Below are positions 1 to 8,327 of a stretch of DNA of 64,000 nt, piece by piece. Both the position numbers and the translations under genes were made by a program. A model generated the notes under the pieces. The model searched no databases. It saw only the letters and a program-made list of their open reading frames with translations, and had not been told where the DNA came from. Source of the stretch: Alphaproteobacteria bacterium (GTDB taxonomy: Bacteria; Pseudomonadota; Alphaproteobacteria; Bin95). Within the stretch, counting starts at the first letter, position 1, and every line of letters starts with the position of its first letter. The stretch is taken from positions 4,608,001 through 4,672,000 of the forward strand of contig CBDBGH010000003.1 in NCBI GenBank assembly GCA_965205265.1. The letters run 5' to 3'.

Positions 1-1
1 G

Positions 2-406
2 CTGCGCGCACCGCTTTCGCTCGCGGAAATCGAGGTTCCGGCGGGGCCGGCGCGCGCCCGCCGGGAGGGCGAGCGCCTGCTCGCCGCCGTGCCGGCGGGC
101 GCCGTGCTCGCCGTGCTGGACGAGGGCGGCGAGATGCTCTCCAGCGAGGAGCTCGCCAGGCGCCTCGCGCGCTGGCGCGACAGCGGGCGGCGCGATTGCG
201 CGTTCCTGATCGGCGGCGCCGACGGACACGGCGCCGAGGTGCTGGAGAAGGCGGATCTCCGCCTCTCGCTCGGGCGCATGACATGGCCCCATCTGCTCGT
301 CCGCGCTATGCTGGCGGAGCAGCTCTACCGGGCGGAGACGATCCTCGCCGACCATCCCTACCACCGGGGCAGGCCGAAGCCGGCCTTTCGCGCCGGCGCC
401 GATTGA
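2..406 (+). CDS. rlmH: 23S rRNA (pseudouridine1915-N3)-methyltransferase RlmH, 5'-partial
   Basis: Motifs LDEGG..SSEELA, FLIGGADG, LSLGRMTWPH.L.R.ML.EQLYRA..IL..HPYHR. The frame is open back to the window start. Confidence 0.95.
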   Translation: MRAPLSLAEIEVPAGPARARREGERLLAAVPAGAVLAVLDEGGEMLSSEELARRLARWRDSGRRDCAFLIGGADGHGAEVLEKADLRLSLGRMTWPHLLVRAMLAEQLYRAETILADHPYHRGRPKPAFRAGAD

Positions 407-488
407 ATAAGCTGGGTGGGTATCGCCCGCGCGCTTCGGGCCTGCCGGACCCTCCTTCCGGCGGGCCGGGAAAGGACAGGTAACCGTC

Positions 489-1733
489 ATGGTCATTCGC
501 TTTCTGGCCATCCTTGCCCTGGCGGCCTTCGCCGGCTCGGCTGCGGCCGCGGACGACGACAATTACGACCAGATCTCGCTGTTCGGGACCGTGCTGGAGC
601 GCATCCGGGCGGACCATGTGGCGGAGCCCAAGGTCGAAGCGCTGATCGAGGCGGCCATAAGCGGCATGCTCTCCTCGCTGGACCCGCACTCGGCCTATCT
701 GTCGCCGCGCAGCTTCAAGGAAATGCAGGTCCAGTCGAAAGGCGAATTCGGCGGGCTCGGGATCGAGGTCACGATGGAGAACGGCCTGATCAAGGTGGTG
801 TCCCCCATCGACGACACGCCGGCCTTCCGCGCCGGCCTCAAGCCGGGAGACCTGATTACCCATATCGACGACGAGGTGGTGCTGGGCCTCAAGCTCGGCC
901 AGGCGGTGGACAGGATGCGCGGGCCGGTCAACTCGCCGATTACCGTCACCGTCCGGCGCGCAGACGAGGCGCCCTTCGACGTCACCATCGTCCGGGCCGT
1001 CATCCGCATCCAATCGGTCCGCCGCCGGGCCGAAGGCGATGTCGGCTATATCCGCATCACCTCCTTCAACGGCAATACGCTGACCGGCCTGAAAGACGCC
1101 GTTTCGCGTCTGAAGGAGGAGATCGGCGACGGGCTGAAGGGCTATGTGCTCGACCTTCGCAACAATCCGGGCGGCCTGCTGGAGCAGGCGATTTCGGTTT
1201 CCGATGCGTTTCTCAAGCAGGGCGAGATCGTTTCCACGCGAGGTCGGGACGAGGAGGCCGCCCAGCGCTTCAATGCCAAACCCGGCGACATTACGGGCGG
1301 TCTGCCGCTGGTCGTGCTCATCAATGAGGGTTCGGCCTCGGCATCCGAGATCGTGGCCGGCGCGCTCCGGGACCACCGCCGCGCGATCGTCATGGGCACG
1401 GGCTCGTTCGGCAAGGGGTCGGTGCAGTCCATGATCCCGATTACCGGCCATGGCGCGCTGAAACTGACGACGGCGCGCTACTACACGCCGTCCGGGGCAT
1501 CGATACAGGGCAAGGGCATCGAGCCTGACATCAAGGTCGAGCAGGCGGTGCTGTCGCCGGTCGAGGGCAGGCGCCGGGTTCGCGAGGCGGATCTGCGCGG
1601 CGCCCTCGACAAGGTCGAGACGCCCGAGTCCGGGGACGAAGAGAAGCCGGCGGAGCGTTCCGACTACCAGTTGATGCGCGCGCTCGACCTTCTGCGGGCG
1701 CTGTCCTTCTACAGCAGCGCCGCCTCCCACTAG
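489..1733 (+). CDS. ctpA: S41 family carboxy-terminal processing protease
   Basis: Signal peptide, LDPHS, PDZ (GLGIEV), DLRNNPGGLL, catalytic SASASE and FGKGSVQ. Confidence 0.95.
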   Translation: MVIRFLAILALAAFAGSAAAADDDNYDQISLFGTVLERIRADHVAEPKVEALIEAAISGMLSSLDPHSAYLSPRSFKEMQVQSKGEFGGLGIEVTMENGLIKVVSPIDDTPAFRAGLKPGDLITHIDDEVVLGLKLGQAVDRMRGPVNSPITVTVRRADEAPFDVTIVRAVIRIQSVRRRAEGDVGYIRITSFNGNTLTGLKDAVSRLKEEIGDGLKGYVLDLRNNPGGLLEQAISVSDAFLKQGEIVSTRGRDEEAAQRFNAKPGDITGGLPLVVLINEGSASASEIVAGALRDHRRAIVMGTGSFGKGSVQSMIPITGHGALKLTTARYYTPSGASIQGKGIEPDIKVEQAVLSPVEGRRRVREADLRGALDKVETPESGDEEKPAERSDYQLMRALDLLRALSFYSSAASH

Positions 1734-1752
1734 GCGGGGACACGCGAAAGCG

Positions 1753-2250
1753 GTGAGCGTTCGTCCGCCTGCGGGCTACCGGGCCAATGTCGGGATCGTG
1801 CTGGTGAACCCCGCCGGCGAGGTATTTGTCGGCCGGCGCCGCGACACGCCGGACGCCTGGCAGATGCCCCAGGGGGGTATCGACAGGGGCGAGACGGTCC
1901 GCGCCGCGGCCGCGCGCGAACTCGCCGAGGAAGCGGGAACCGACAAGGCCGAGGCGGTCGCGGAAACGCCCGGCTGGCTCACCTACGAACTGCCGGGGAA
2001 CCTGGCCCGGCGCCTCTGGGGCGGCCGCTACAGGGGGCAGGCCCAGAAATGGGTGCTGATGCGCTTTACCGGAACCGACGCCGATATCGACCTCTTCCGG
2101 CACAAACCGCCGGAATTCGATGCCTGGCGGTGGGTGTCGCCCCCGGAGTTGCTGGCAAGCATCGTCGCCTTCAAGCGCCCCGTCTACGAGCAGGTGCTGT
2201 CCGTCTTCGCCGAAGACCTCGAACGCCTGCGGGAGCGGGACCCGGCATAG
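1753..2250 (+). CDS. rppH: RNA pyrophosphohydrolase (Nudix)
   Basis: YRANVG, WQMPQGGID.GE Nudix box, YRGQAQKW, EFDAWRW, FKRPVY. Confidence 0.92.
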   Translation: MSVRPPAGYRANVGIVLVNPAGEVFVGRRRDTPDAWQMPQGGIDRGETVRAAAARELAEEAGTDKAEAVAETPGWLTYELPGNLARRLWGGRYRGQAQKWVLMRFTGTDADIDLFRHKPPEFDAWRWVSPPELLASIVAFKRPVYEQVLSVFAEDLERLRERDPA

Positions 2251-2361
2251 GCCGGCAGCCGCCGTCCCGCGCCCGTATTGACCCGCCCGGACGGAGCGGG
2301 TTTGATCCTCGCGGTTTTTCCGGGGGTTGCGCGGCTGCGCCCGGGCAAGCGGAGGGCGGGC

Positions 2362-3153
2362 ATGAGCCGTCGCATCGTCGATATTTCCGTTGCGTTGAAG
2401 GCCGGCATCGCGAGCGACCCGCCGCATATGCTGCCGGAGATCGACTATCTGGACCACCACGACACCGCCCCCGCCATGGCCGAGTATTTCGGCGTCGGCG
2501 TGGACGCGCTGCCGGACGGCGAGTATGCCGCCGTCGAGAAGGTCCGCATCTCCACCCATAACGGCACGCATCTGGACGCGCCCTGGCACTTCTTCTCGAC
2601 CATGAACCACGCGCTGAAGGAAGGCGGCGAGCCCTCCTGGCGCATCGACGAAGTGCCGCTGGAATGGTGTTTCCAGCCGGGCGTCAAGCTGGATTTCCGC
2701 CATTTCGGGGACGGCTATGTGGTGCAGCCGGAAGATGTCGAAGCCGAGCTCGACCGCATCGGCCATGCGCTGGAGCCGCTGGAGATCGTGCTGGTGAACA
2801 CCCGTGCGGGCTCGCGCTACGGCGAGGAGGATTTCATCCATGCCGGCTGCGGCATGGGCAAGGCGGCGACGCTCTGGCTGCTGGAGCGGGGCGTGCGCGT
2901 GACCGGCACCGACGGCTGGAGCTGGGATGCGCCTTTCTCATGGACGAGGGAGCGGGTGCGCGAGACCGGCGATGCCGGCCTGATCTGGGAGGGCCACCGC
3001 GCCGGGCGCGAGATCGGCTATTGCCACCTGGAGAAGCTGAGCAATCTCGAAACCCTGCCGGCGGACGGCTTCCATGTCGCCTGCTTCCCGGTCAAGGTGC
3101 ATCGCGGCTCGGCCGGCTGGACGCGGGCCGTCGCGATAGTGGACGGAGAGTGA
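2362..3153 (+). CDS. cyclase family metal-dependent hydrolase (KynB-like)
   Basis: HNGTHLDAPWH motif, GTDGWSWD, HLEKL. ATG at 2362 follows GGAGG. Confidence 0.88.
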   Translation: MSRRIVDISVALKAGIASDPPHMLPEIDYLDHHDTAPAMAEYFGVGVDALPDGEYAAVEKVRISTHNGTHLDAPWHFFSTMNHALKEGGEPSWRIDEVPLEWCFQPGVKLDFRHFGDGYVVQPEDVEAELDRIGHALEPLEIVLVNTRAGSRYGEEDFIHAGCGMGKAATLWLLERGVRVTGTDGWSWDAPFSWTRERVRETGDAGLIWEGHRAGREIGYCHLEKLSNLETLPADGFHVACFPVKVHRGSAGWTRAVAIVDGE

Positions 3154-3154
3154 C

Positions 3155-3913
3155 ATGGGCTTTGCGGACTCGCTGAGGCTCGACGGCAGGACCGCGGTCG
3201 TCACCGGCGCCGGACGCGGCCTCGGCCGGGGCTGCGCGCTGGCGCTGGCGGAGCTGGGCGCGCATGTGGTGGCGGCGGCGCGCTCGGGCGACGAGTTGGA
3301 AAGCCTCGCTGCGGAAATAAGGGCAGACGGCGGCAGCGCGGAAGCCGCCGTGCTGGACGTGACCGACAGCGATGCAGTCAGGAGTTTCTTCGCCGGCCTC
3401 GCGCGCGTCGATGTGCTCGTCAACAATGCCGGCTGGAACCGCCCGCAGCATTTCTTCGAGGTCGAGGAACCGGTGCTCGACGCCATGCTGGCGCTCAATG
3501 TCAAGGCGGCGTTCATCGTGGCGCAGGCGGCGGCGAAGCGCATGGCGGAGGCCGGCGGGGGCGGTTCCATCGTCAACATGTCCTCGCAGATGGGCCATGT
3601 CGGCGGGCCTGAGCGCACGGTCTATTGCGCCACCAAGCACGCGCTCGAAGGCATGACCAAGGCGATGGCCATCGAGCTTGCGCCCCACGGCATCCGGGCG
3701 AACACGGTCGGCCCCACCTTCGTCGAGACGCCGCTCGCCGGGCCGTTCCTGCAGAACAGGGAGTTCCGCGAATTCGTGCTGGACAGCATCCCGCTCGGGC
3801 GGCTCGGCGAAGTCGCGGAGGTGGCGGCGGCCGTGGCTTTCCTCGCCTCGCCGGCGTCCTCGTTGATTACCGGGACGAGCCTGCTGGTGGACGGGGGCTG
3901 GACGGCGAAGTGA
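3155..3913 (+). CDS. SDR family oxidoreductase
   Basis: TGAGRGLG, NNAG, YCATK. Confidence 0.92.
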   Translation: MGFADSLRLDGRTAVVTGAGRGLGRGCALALAELGAHVVAAARSGDELESLAAEIRADGGSAEAAVLDVTDSDAVRSFFAGLARVDVLVNNAGWNRPQHFFEVEEPVLDAMLALNVKAAFIVAQAAAKRMAEAGGGGSIVNMSSQMGHVGGPERTVYCATKHALEGMTKAMAIELAPHGIRANTVGPTFVETPLAGPFLQNREFREFVLDSIPLGRLGEVAEVAAAVAFLASPASSLITGTSLLVDGGWTAK

Positions 3914-4490
3914 GCGCCCTCACGCGGGCCTGCAATTCGGGCACGACCTCCGCCTCGAACCAGGGGTTCAGCTTCAGCCAGTTGTTCACCCGCCAGCTTG
4001 GATGCGGCGTCGGCAGGAATTCGGGCAGGTAGCTCCGCCAGGCGGCCACCGTCTCGCCGAGCGTTCGCTTGCGCCGGTTCCCGAGATACCGGGCCTGGGC
4101 GTAGGCGCCGGCCAGCACGGTGAGTTCCACGGCCGGCAGTTCGGCGCAGAGGCGCGGATGCCAGAGCGGCGCGCATTCCGGGCGGGGCGGGGCGTCGCCG
4201 CCGCGCGGCAGCCGGCCCGGATAGCAGAAGCCCATCGGCAGGATGGCCACCCGGCTCGCATCGTAGAAGTCCTCGGGCGCGAGGCCGAGCCAGGTGCGCA
4301 GCCGCCTGCCGCTGGGATCGTCCCAGGGCACGCCGCTGGCATGAACCTTCGTGCCGGGCGCCTGGCCGACGATCATCAACCGCGCCGTCGCTTCGGCCCG
4401 CAGCACCGGCCGGGGGCCGAGCGGCAGGTGTTCGGCGCAATGCGTGCAGGCGCGCACCTCCGCCAGCAGCGCCGCAAGGCGCGCGCTCAC
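3867..4490 (-). CDS. uracil-DNA glycosylase family protein
   Basis: N-terminal CxxC, GQAPG, DDPSG, FCYPG, PHPSWR. Its 3' end overlaps the convergent SDR. Confidence 0.88.
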   Translation of the reverse strand: MSARLAALLAEVRACTHCAEHLPLGPRPVLRAEATARLMIVGQAPGTKVHASGVPWDDPSGRRLRTWLGLAPEDFYDASRVAILPMGFCYPGRLPRGGDAPPRPECAPLWHPRLCAELPAVELTVLAGAYAQARYLGNRRKRTLGETVAAWRSYLPEFLPTPHPSWRVNNWLKLNPWFEAEVVPELQARVRALTSPSSPRPPAGSSR

Positions 4491-5035
4491 GGCGCGAAAG
4501 CCTCGCCGCCGAAGGGATAGCGGACTTCCTCGCGATAGACGGGCGCTTCGCCGCCGAGCCGGCTCGACATGAGCGAGAAGCCCCCGACGGCGAAAGCCGG
4601 CAAGCGGAAGGCGCCCCGGTCCTCGAGCCAGGCGGCGACAGCGGCGGGGCGTGCGCCGGCCGTGCGGCCGAGCGTGATGTGCGGGGTGAATTTGCGCTCC
4701 TCCGGGGGCAGGCCCGCGCGCACCAGCGCCGACTCGACCCGCCGCCTGAGCGCCGCCAGCGCCTTCGAGGGAGCGATACCCGCCCAGACCGCCCGCGGCC
4801 GCGCGCCGCCGAAGCTGCCGAGCGACTCGATCGCGAGCTCGAAATCCTCGCTGCCGACATGGCTGAGCGCGTCCGCCAGTTCCTCGGCGAAGCCGTTATC
4901 CACCTCGCCGATGAAGCGCAAGGTCAGATGGTAGTTCTCCTCCGGCGACCAGCGCGCGCCCGGCAGGCCGCCGGCGAGCCCGGCAAGCGCAGTCCGGACA
5001 TCCTCCGGCAGGAGTATCGCAGCGAAGAGGCGCAA
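4487..5035 (-). CDS. thpR: RNA 2',3'-cyclic phosphodiesterase (2H phosphoesterase)
   Basis: TTG start RLFAAI; two HxT motifs (HLTLRFIG, PHITLGR). Confidence 0.88.
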   Translation of the reverse strand: MRLFAAILLPEDVRTALAGLAGGLPGARWSPEENYHLTLRFIGEVDNGFAEELADALSHVGSEDFELAIESLGSFGGARPRAVWAGIAPSKALAALRRRVESALVRAGLPPEERKFTPHITLGRTAGARPAAVAAWLEDRGAFRLPAFAVGGFSLMSSRLGGEAPVYREEVRYPFGGEAFAP

Positions 5036-5046
5036 ATCCGGCCCGG

Positions 5047-6186
5047 CTACTCGAACAGCGTGAGGACGCCCGTATAGCCGTAGATTCGCCCGCCCGAAAA
5101 CTCGCCATTGGCGAAGAAGCCGGCGAGCGGCAGGTCGCCGATCTCTTCCCGAACGATTTCCATCTCGCCGTCCTCGGTGCCGAACATGTGCGGGCCGCGG
5201 GCGAGGCAGGAGACATAGACGCCGCCCTGGGCCGGCCGCGATAGGCGGTCCTTCACGCTCCGCAGCATGCGGCGCAGGTCCGCTTCCGCCGCCGCCGGGT
5301 CGCGCCGCACGAAGAACAGGCGTTCGCCCGGGTCGATCAGCGCGCCGAGCGCAACGATGCCGTCCTGCGCGTCGAGGCCGATGATGTTGCGGACGAGATA
5401 GTCGGCCTCCGAAGACCCCGGCACCGGCCGGGCGGCGTGGAGCCAGTGCGCCACCTCGCGGATGCGGGCGACGGAATCGAGGCCGAGATCGCCGCAAAGC
5501 ACATCGAAGGCGGGCTCGCCGTCGATCTCCAGCACGAGGTTGTTGTGGGAGCGCGTGACCGTGCGCGCCGGGCCGATAGGCGCGCAGCCCTGGCTGAGCC
5601 CCGAGACGACGCCGACCGCCTCGCCGAACACCAGGCCCGAAACCACCCCCTCCTCGACGGAGCCGGCAAGCTGGGCGGTCGGGCCTTCGGCGGACGCGAT
5701 GCCGCCGACGGTGAACGCGCCGAGCGTCTCGGCAAGCTCCGCCACGATTTCCCCCATGTTCGTGTTGCGCGGGTCGGCATGGAGCAGCGCCGTTGCGCGC
5801 GCCTGTCCCTCAGCCCATCCGGCGAGGCCCGCGCCCGCTTCGGCCGTGTCCTCCCTGATGCCGGGCACGAGGCGCACGGCGTCGTCCGGGAAGCGCAAGG
5901 CGGCCGCGGCAATTGCGGGCCGGCCGAATGCGGCGCGCCCGGTGCCGCAAACGCCCATGCCGACCGTGCCCGCCCAATCGACGATCCCGGTGTCTTCCCT
6001 GAGCGCCTCGACGACCTCGGGCAGCCGGTCGGCGATGCTGTCGCTTACATAGACGATGCCGGTATTCGCCCCGGCGGCGCCTTCCGCCAGCGCCGCCCGG
6101 ACGGGGCCGAATGCCGCTTGCCAGTCGCCGCCCTCGCCGAACCCCGCCGCTATGGCCGCCGGCCTCTCTTCTCCCGCGCCGCTCAT
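5047..6186 (-). CDS. FIST N/C domain protein
   Basis: SQGCAPIG, YVSCLARG, GFFANGE, YGYTGVL. Confidence 0.88.
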   Translation of the reverse strand: MSGAGEERPAAIAAGFGEGGDWQAAFGPVRAALAEGAAGANTGIVYVSDSIADRLPEVVEALREDTGIVDWAGTVGMGVCGTGRAAFGRPAIAAAALRFPDDAVRLVPGIREDTAEAGAGLAGWAEGQARATALLHADPRNTNMGEIVAELAETLGAFTVGGIASAEGPTAQLAGSVEEGVVSGLVFGEAVGVVSGLSQGCAPIGPARTVTRSHNNLVLEIDGEPAFDVLCGDLGLDSVARIREVAHWLHAARPVPGSSEADYLVRNIIGLDAQDGIVALGALIDPGERLFFVRRDPAAAEADLRRMLRSVKDRLSRPAQGGVYVSCLARGPHMFGTEDGEMEIVREEIGDLPLAGFFANGEFSGGRIYGYTGVLTLFE

Positions 6187-6196
6187 GCTGTCCGCC

Positions 6197-6901
6197 TTAC
6201 TCCCGGCCGCTGGCGCCGGGCCGTCCGGAGGATAGCGCCAGAAGGCGTGCGACGTAAGGCTTGAGGCGGGCTGCGACCGCAGCGGCGCCTTCGGCGTTGG
6301 GATGGATTCCGTCCGGCTGGTTGAGCGCCGGGTCAGCCGCCACGCCCTCCAGGAGGAAAGGATAGAAGACCACCTCGTAGCGCGCGGCGAGCCGGGGATA
6401 GAGGCCGTCAAAGGCTTCCACATAGGCGCGGCCCAGATTGCGCGGCGCCTTCATGCCGGCGAGCAGCACCGGAATGCCCTCCCCCGCCAGCCGGTCGAGA
6501 ATGGCAGCGAGCGCGGCTTCGGTCTCCGCCGGGTCGAGCCCGCGCAGCGCATCGTTGCCGCCGAGCGCCACCACCGCATGGCTCGGCCGGTCGCCCAGCA
6601 TCCAGTCGAGGCGCGCAAGCCCGCCCGCCGCCGTGTCGCCGGAGACGCCGCCGTCCAGCACCGCCGCGTCGACGCCGTCCGCCCTGAGCCGCCTGCGCAG
6701 TTGCGCCACCAGCCCGTCTTCGGGCGCCAGTCCGAAGCCGGCGGTGACCGAATCGCCCAGCATCAGCAGCCGCGCTTCGGCCGCCGCGGCGTCCGGCAGA
6801 TTGAGGAACACCGCCGCAAGGACGCAGGCGAGCGCGAAAGCCCCTTTCCATCGACGCCGCACGGCTTGCCGGATGAGCGGTTCCGGTCGATATGCTTCCA
6901 T
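6197..6901 (-). CDS. SGNH/GDSL arylesterase (TesA-like)
   Basis: GDSVTAG, GVSGDT, LGGND, DGIHPN, signal peptide. Start position uncertain. Confidence 0.88.
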   Translation of the reverse strand: MEAYRPEPLIRQAVRRRWKGAFALACVLAAVFLNLPDAAAAEARLLMLGDSVTAGFGLAPEDGLVAQLRRRLRADGVDAAVLDGGVSGDTAAGGLARLDWMLGDRPSHAVVALGGNDALRGLDPAETEAALAAILDRLAGEGIPVLLAGMKAPRNLGRAYVEAFDGLYPRLAARYEVVFYPFLLEGVAADPALNQPDGIHPNAEGAAAVAARLKPYVARLLALSSGRPGASGRE

Positions 6902-6930
6902 CGGAACTCCGAACGGCGCAAGGGACGGCA

Positions 6931-7551
6931 ATGGCTCCGCAACTCGTCTTTTACACCAATCCGATGTCCCGCGGACGGATCGTGCGCTGGATGCTGGAGG
7001 AACTGCAGGTCGGGTATCGTACTGAACTGCTCGACTACGGGCCGGCGATGAAGTCTCAGGATTATCTCGCGGTTAATCCGATGGGAAAGGTACCGGCGAT
7101 CCGCCACGGCGACACCGTCGTCACCGAAAGCCCTGCGATCTGCGCCTACCTCGCCGACGTCTTTCCAGACGCCGGGCTGGCGCCACCTCCGGGCCGGCGC
7201 GGCCCCTACTACCGCTGGCTGTTCTTCGCCGCGGGTCCGCTTGAGGCGGCCGTCGCCAACCGCGCCTTCGGGTTCGAGCTTCCGGCCGACAAGGAGGCAA
7301 TGGCGGGATACGGTAATTTCCAACTGGTGATGGACACGCTTGAGACGGCTGTCAGCGGCGATGGCTATGTCGCCGGCGAGGCCTTCTCGGCGGCGGATGT
7401 CTATGTTGGCTCGCATGTCGGCTGGGGCCTGCAATTCGAGCTGATCGAAACCCGGCCTGCCTTCGAGGCCTATTGGGCGCGGCTTAGCGCCCGCGAGGCC
7501 TACAAGCGCGCCACCGCCCTCGACGACGAAGCGGCCGCCGCAGCCGGCTGA
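6931..7551 (+). CDS. glutathione S-transferase family protein
   Basis: YTNPMSRG, NPMGKVP, TESPAIC, FSAADVY. Confidence 0.92.
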   Translation: MAPQLVFYTNPMSRGRIVRWMLEELQVGYRTELLDYGPAMKSQDYLAVNPMGKVPAIRHGDTVVTESPAICAYLADVFPDAGLAPPPGRRGPYYRWLFFAAGPLEAAVANRAFGFELPADKEAMAGYGNFQLVMDTLETAVSGDGYVAGEAFSAADVYVGSHVGWGLQFELIETRPAFEAYWARLSAREAYKRATALDDEAAAAAG

Positions 7552-7649
7552 CCCGGCCCGGGCCCGCTGCGGCATCCGGCGCGTTGAACGGGGCGGGTGG
7601 CGGGCCATATGCGCCGGGGAGGACCGGTCGGAAAAGGGAACGCACGCTC

Positions 7650-8327
7650 ATGGCAGGCTCGGACTGGGCGGTGGAGCTGGAGGATGTCCACCTCACTCTG
7701 GTGAGCGCCGCCGGGCCGGTCAATGTGCTCCGCGGCATCGACCTCGCGGTGGCGCCGGGCGAGTCGGTGGCCGTGGTGGGCTCCTCCGGGTCCGGCAAGA
7801 CCTCCACCCTGCTGGTGGCTGCCGGGCTGGAGCGGGCGACCGCGGGCCGTGTCTCGGTCGCCGGCCGCGACCTCGGCGCCATGACCGAGGACGAGCTCGC
7901 CAGGCTGCGGCGCGAGAAGGTCGGCATCGTCTTCCAGTCCTTCCACCTGATGGCGACCATGACGGCGCTGGAGAATGTCGCCGTGCCGCTAGAGCTTGCC
8001 GGGCGGCGCGATGCACTTGAGCGGGCGCGCGCCTGCCTGGAGGCGGTCGGCCTCGGCGCCCGCACCGGCCATTATCCGGGCGAGCTTTCAGGCGGCGAGC
8101 AGCAGCGGGTCGCGATTGCGCGCGCCTTCGGGCCGGCCCCGGCTGCGATCTTCGCCGACGAGCCGACCGGCAATCTCGACGGCGAGACGGGCCGCCGCGC
8201 ACTCGACGCGCTGTTCGGCCTCGCCGCGGACGGCGGCGCGACCATGATCCTCGTCACCCACGACCCGGCCCTGGCGGCGCGCTGCGGACGCCGGGTGCGG
8301 ATCGAGGACGGGCGCATTGCGGGCTGA
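7650..8327 (+). CDS. ABC transporter ATP-binding protein (YbbA/LolD-like)
   Basis: GSSGSGKT, LSGGEQQR, ADEPTGNLD, VTHD. Confidence 0.92.
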   Translation: MAGSDWAVELEDVHLTLVSAAGPVNVLRGIDLAVAPGESVAVVGSSGSGKTSTLLVAAGLERATAGRVSVAGRDLGAMTEDELARLRREKVGIVFQSFHLMATMTALENVAVPLELAGRRDALERARACLEAVGLGARTGHYPGELSGGEQQRVAIARAFGPAPAAIFADEPTGNLDGETGRRALDALFGLAADGGATMILVTHDPALAARCGRRVRIEDGRIAG

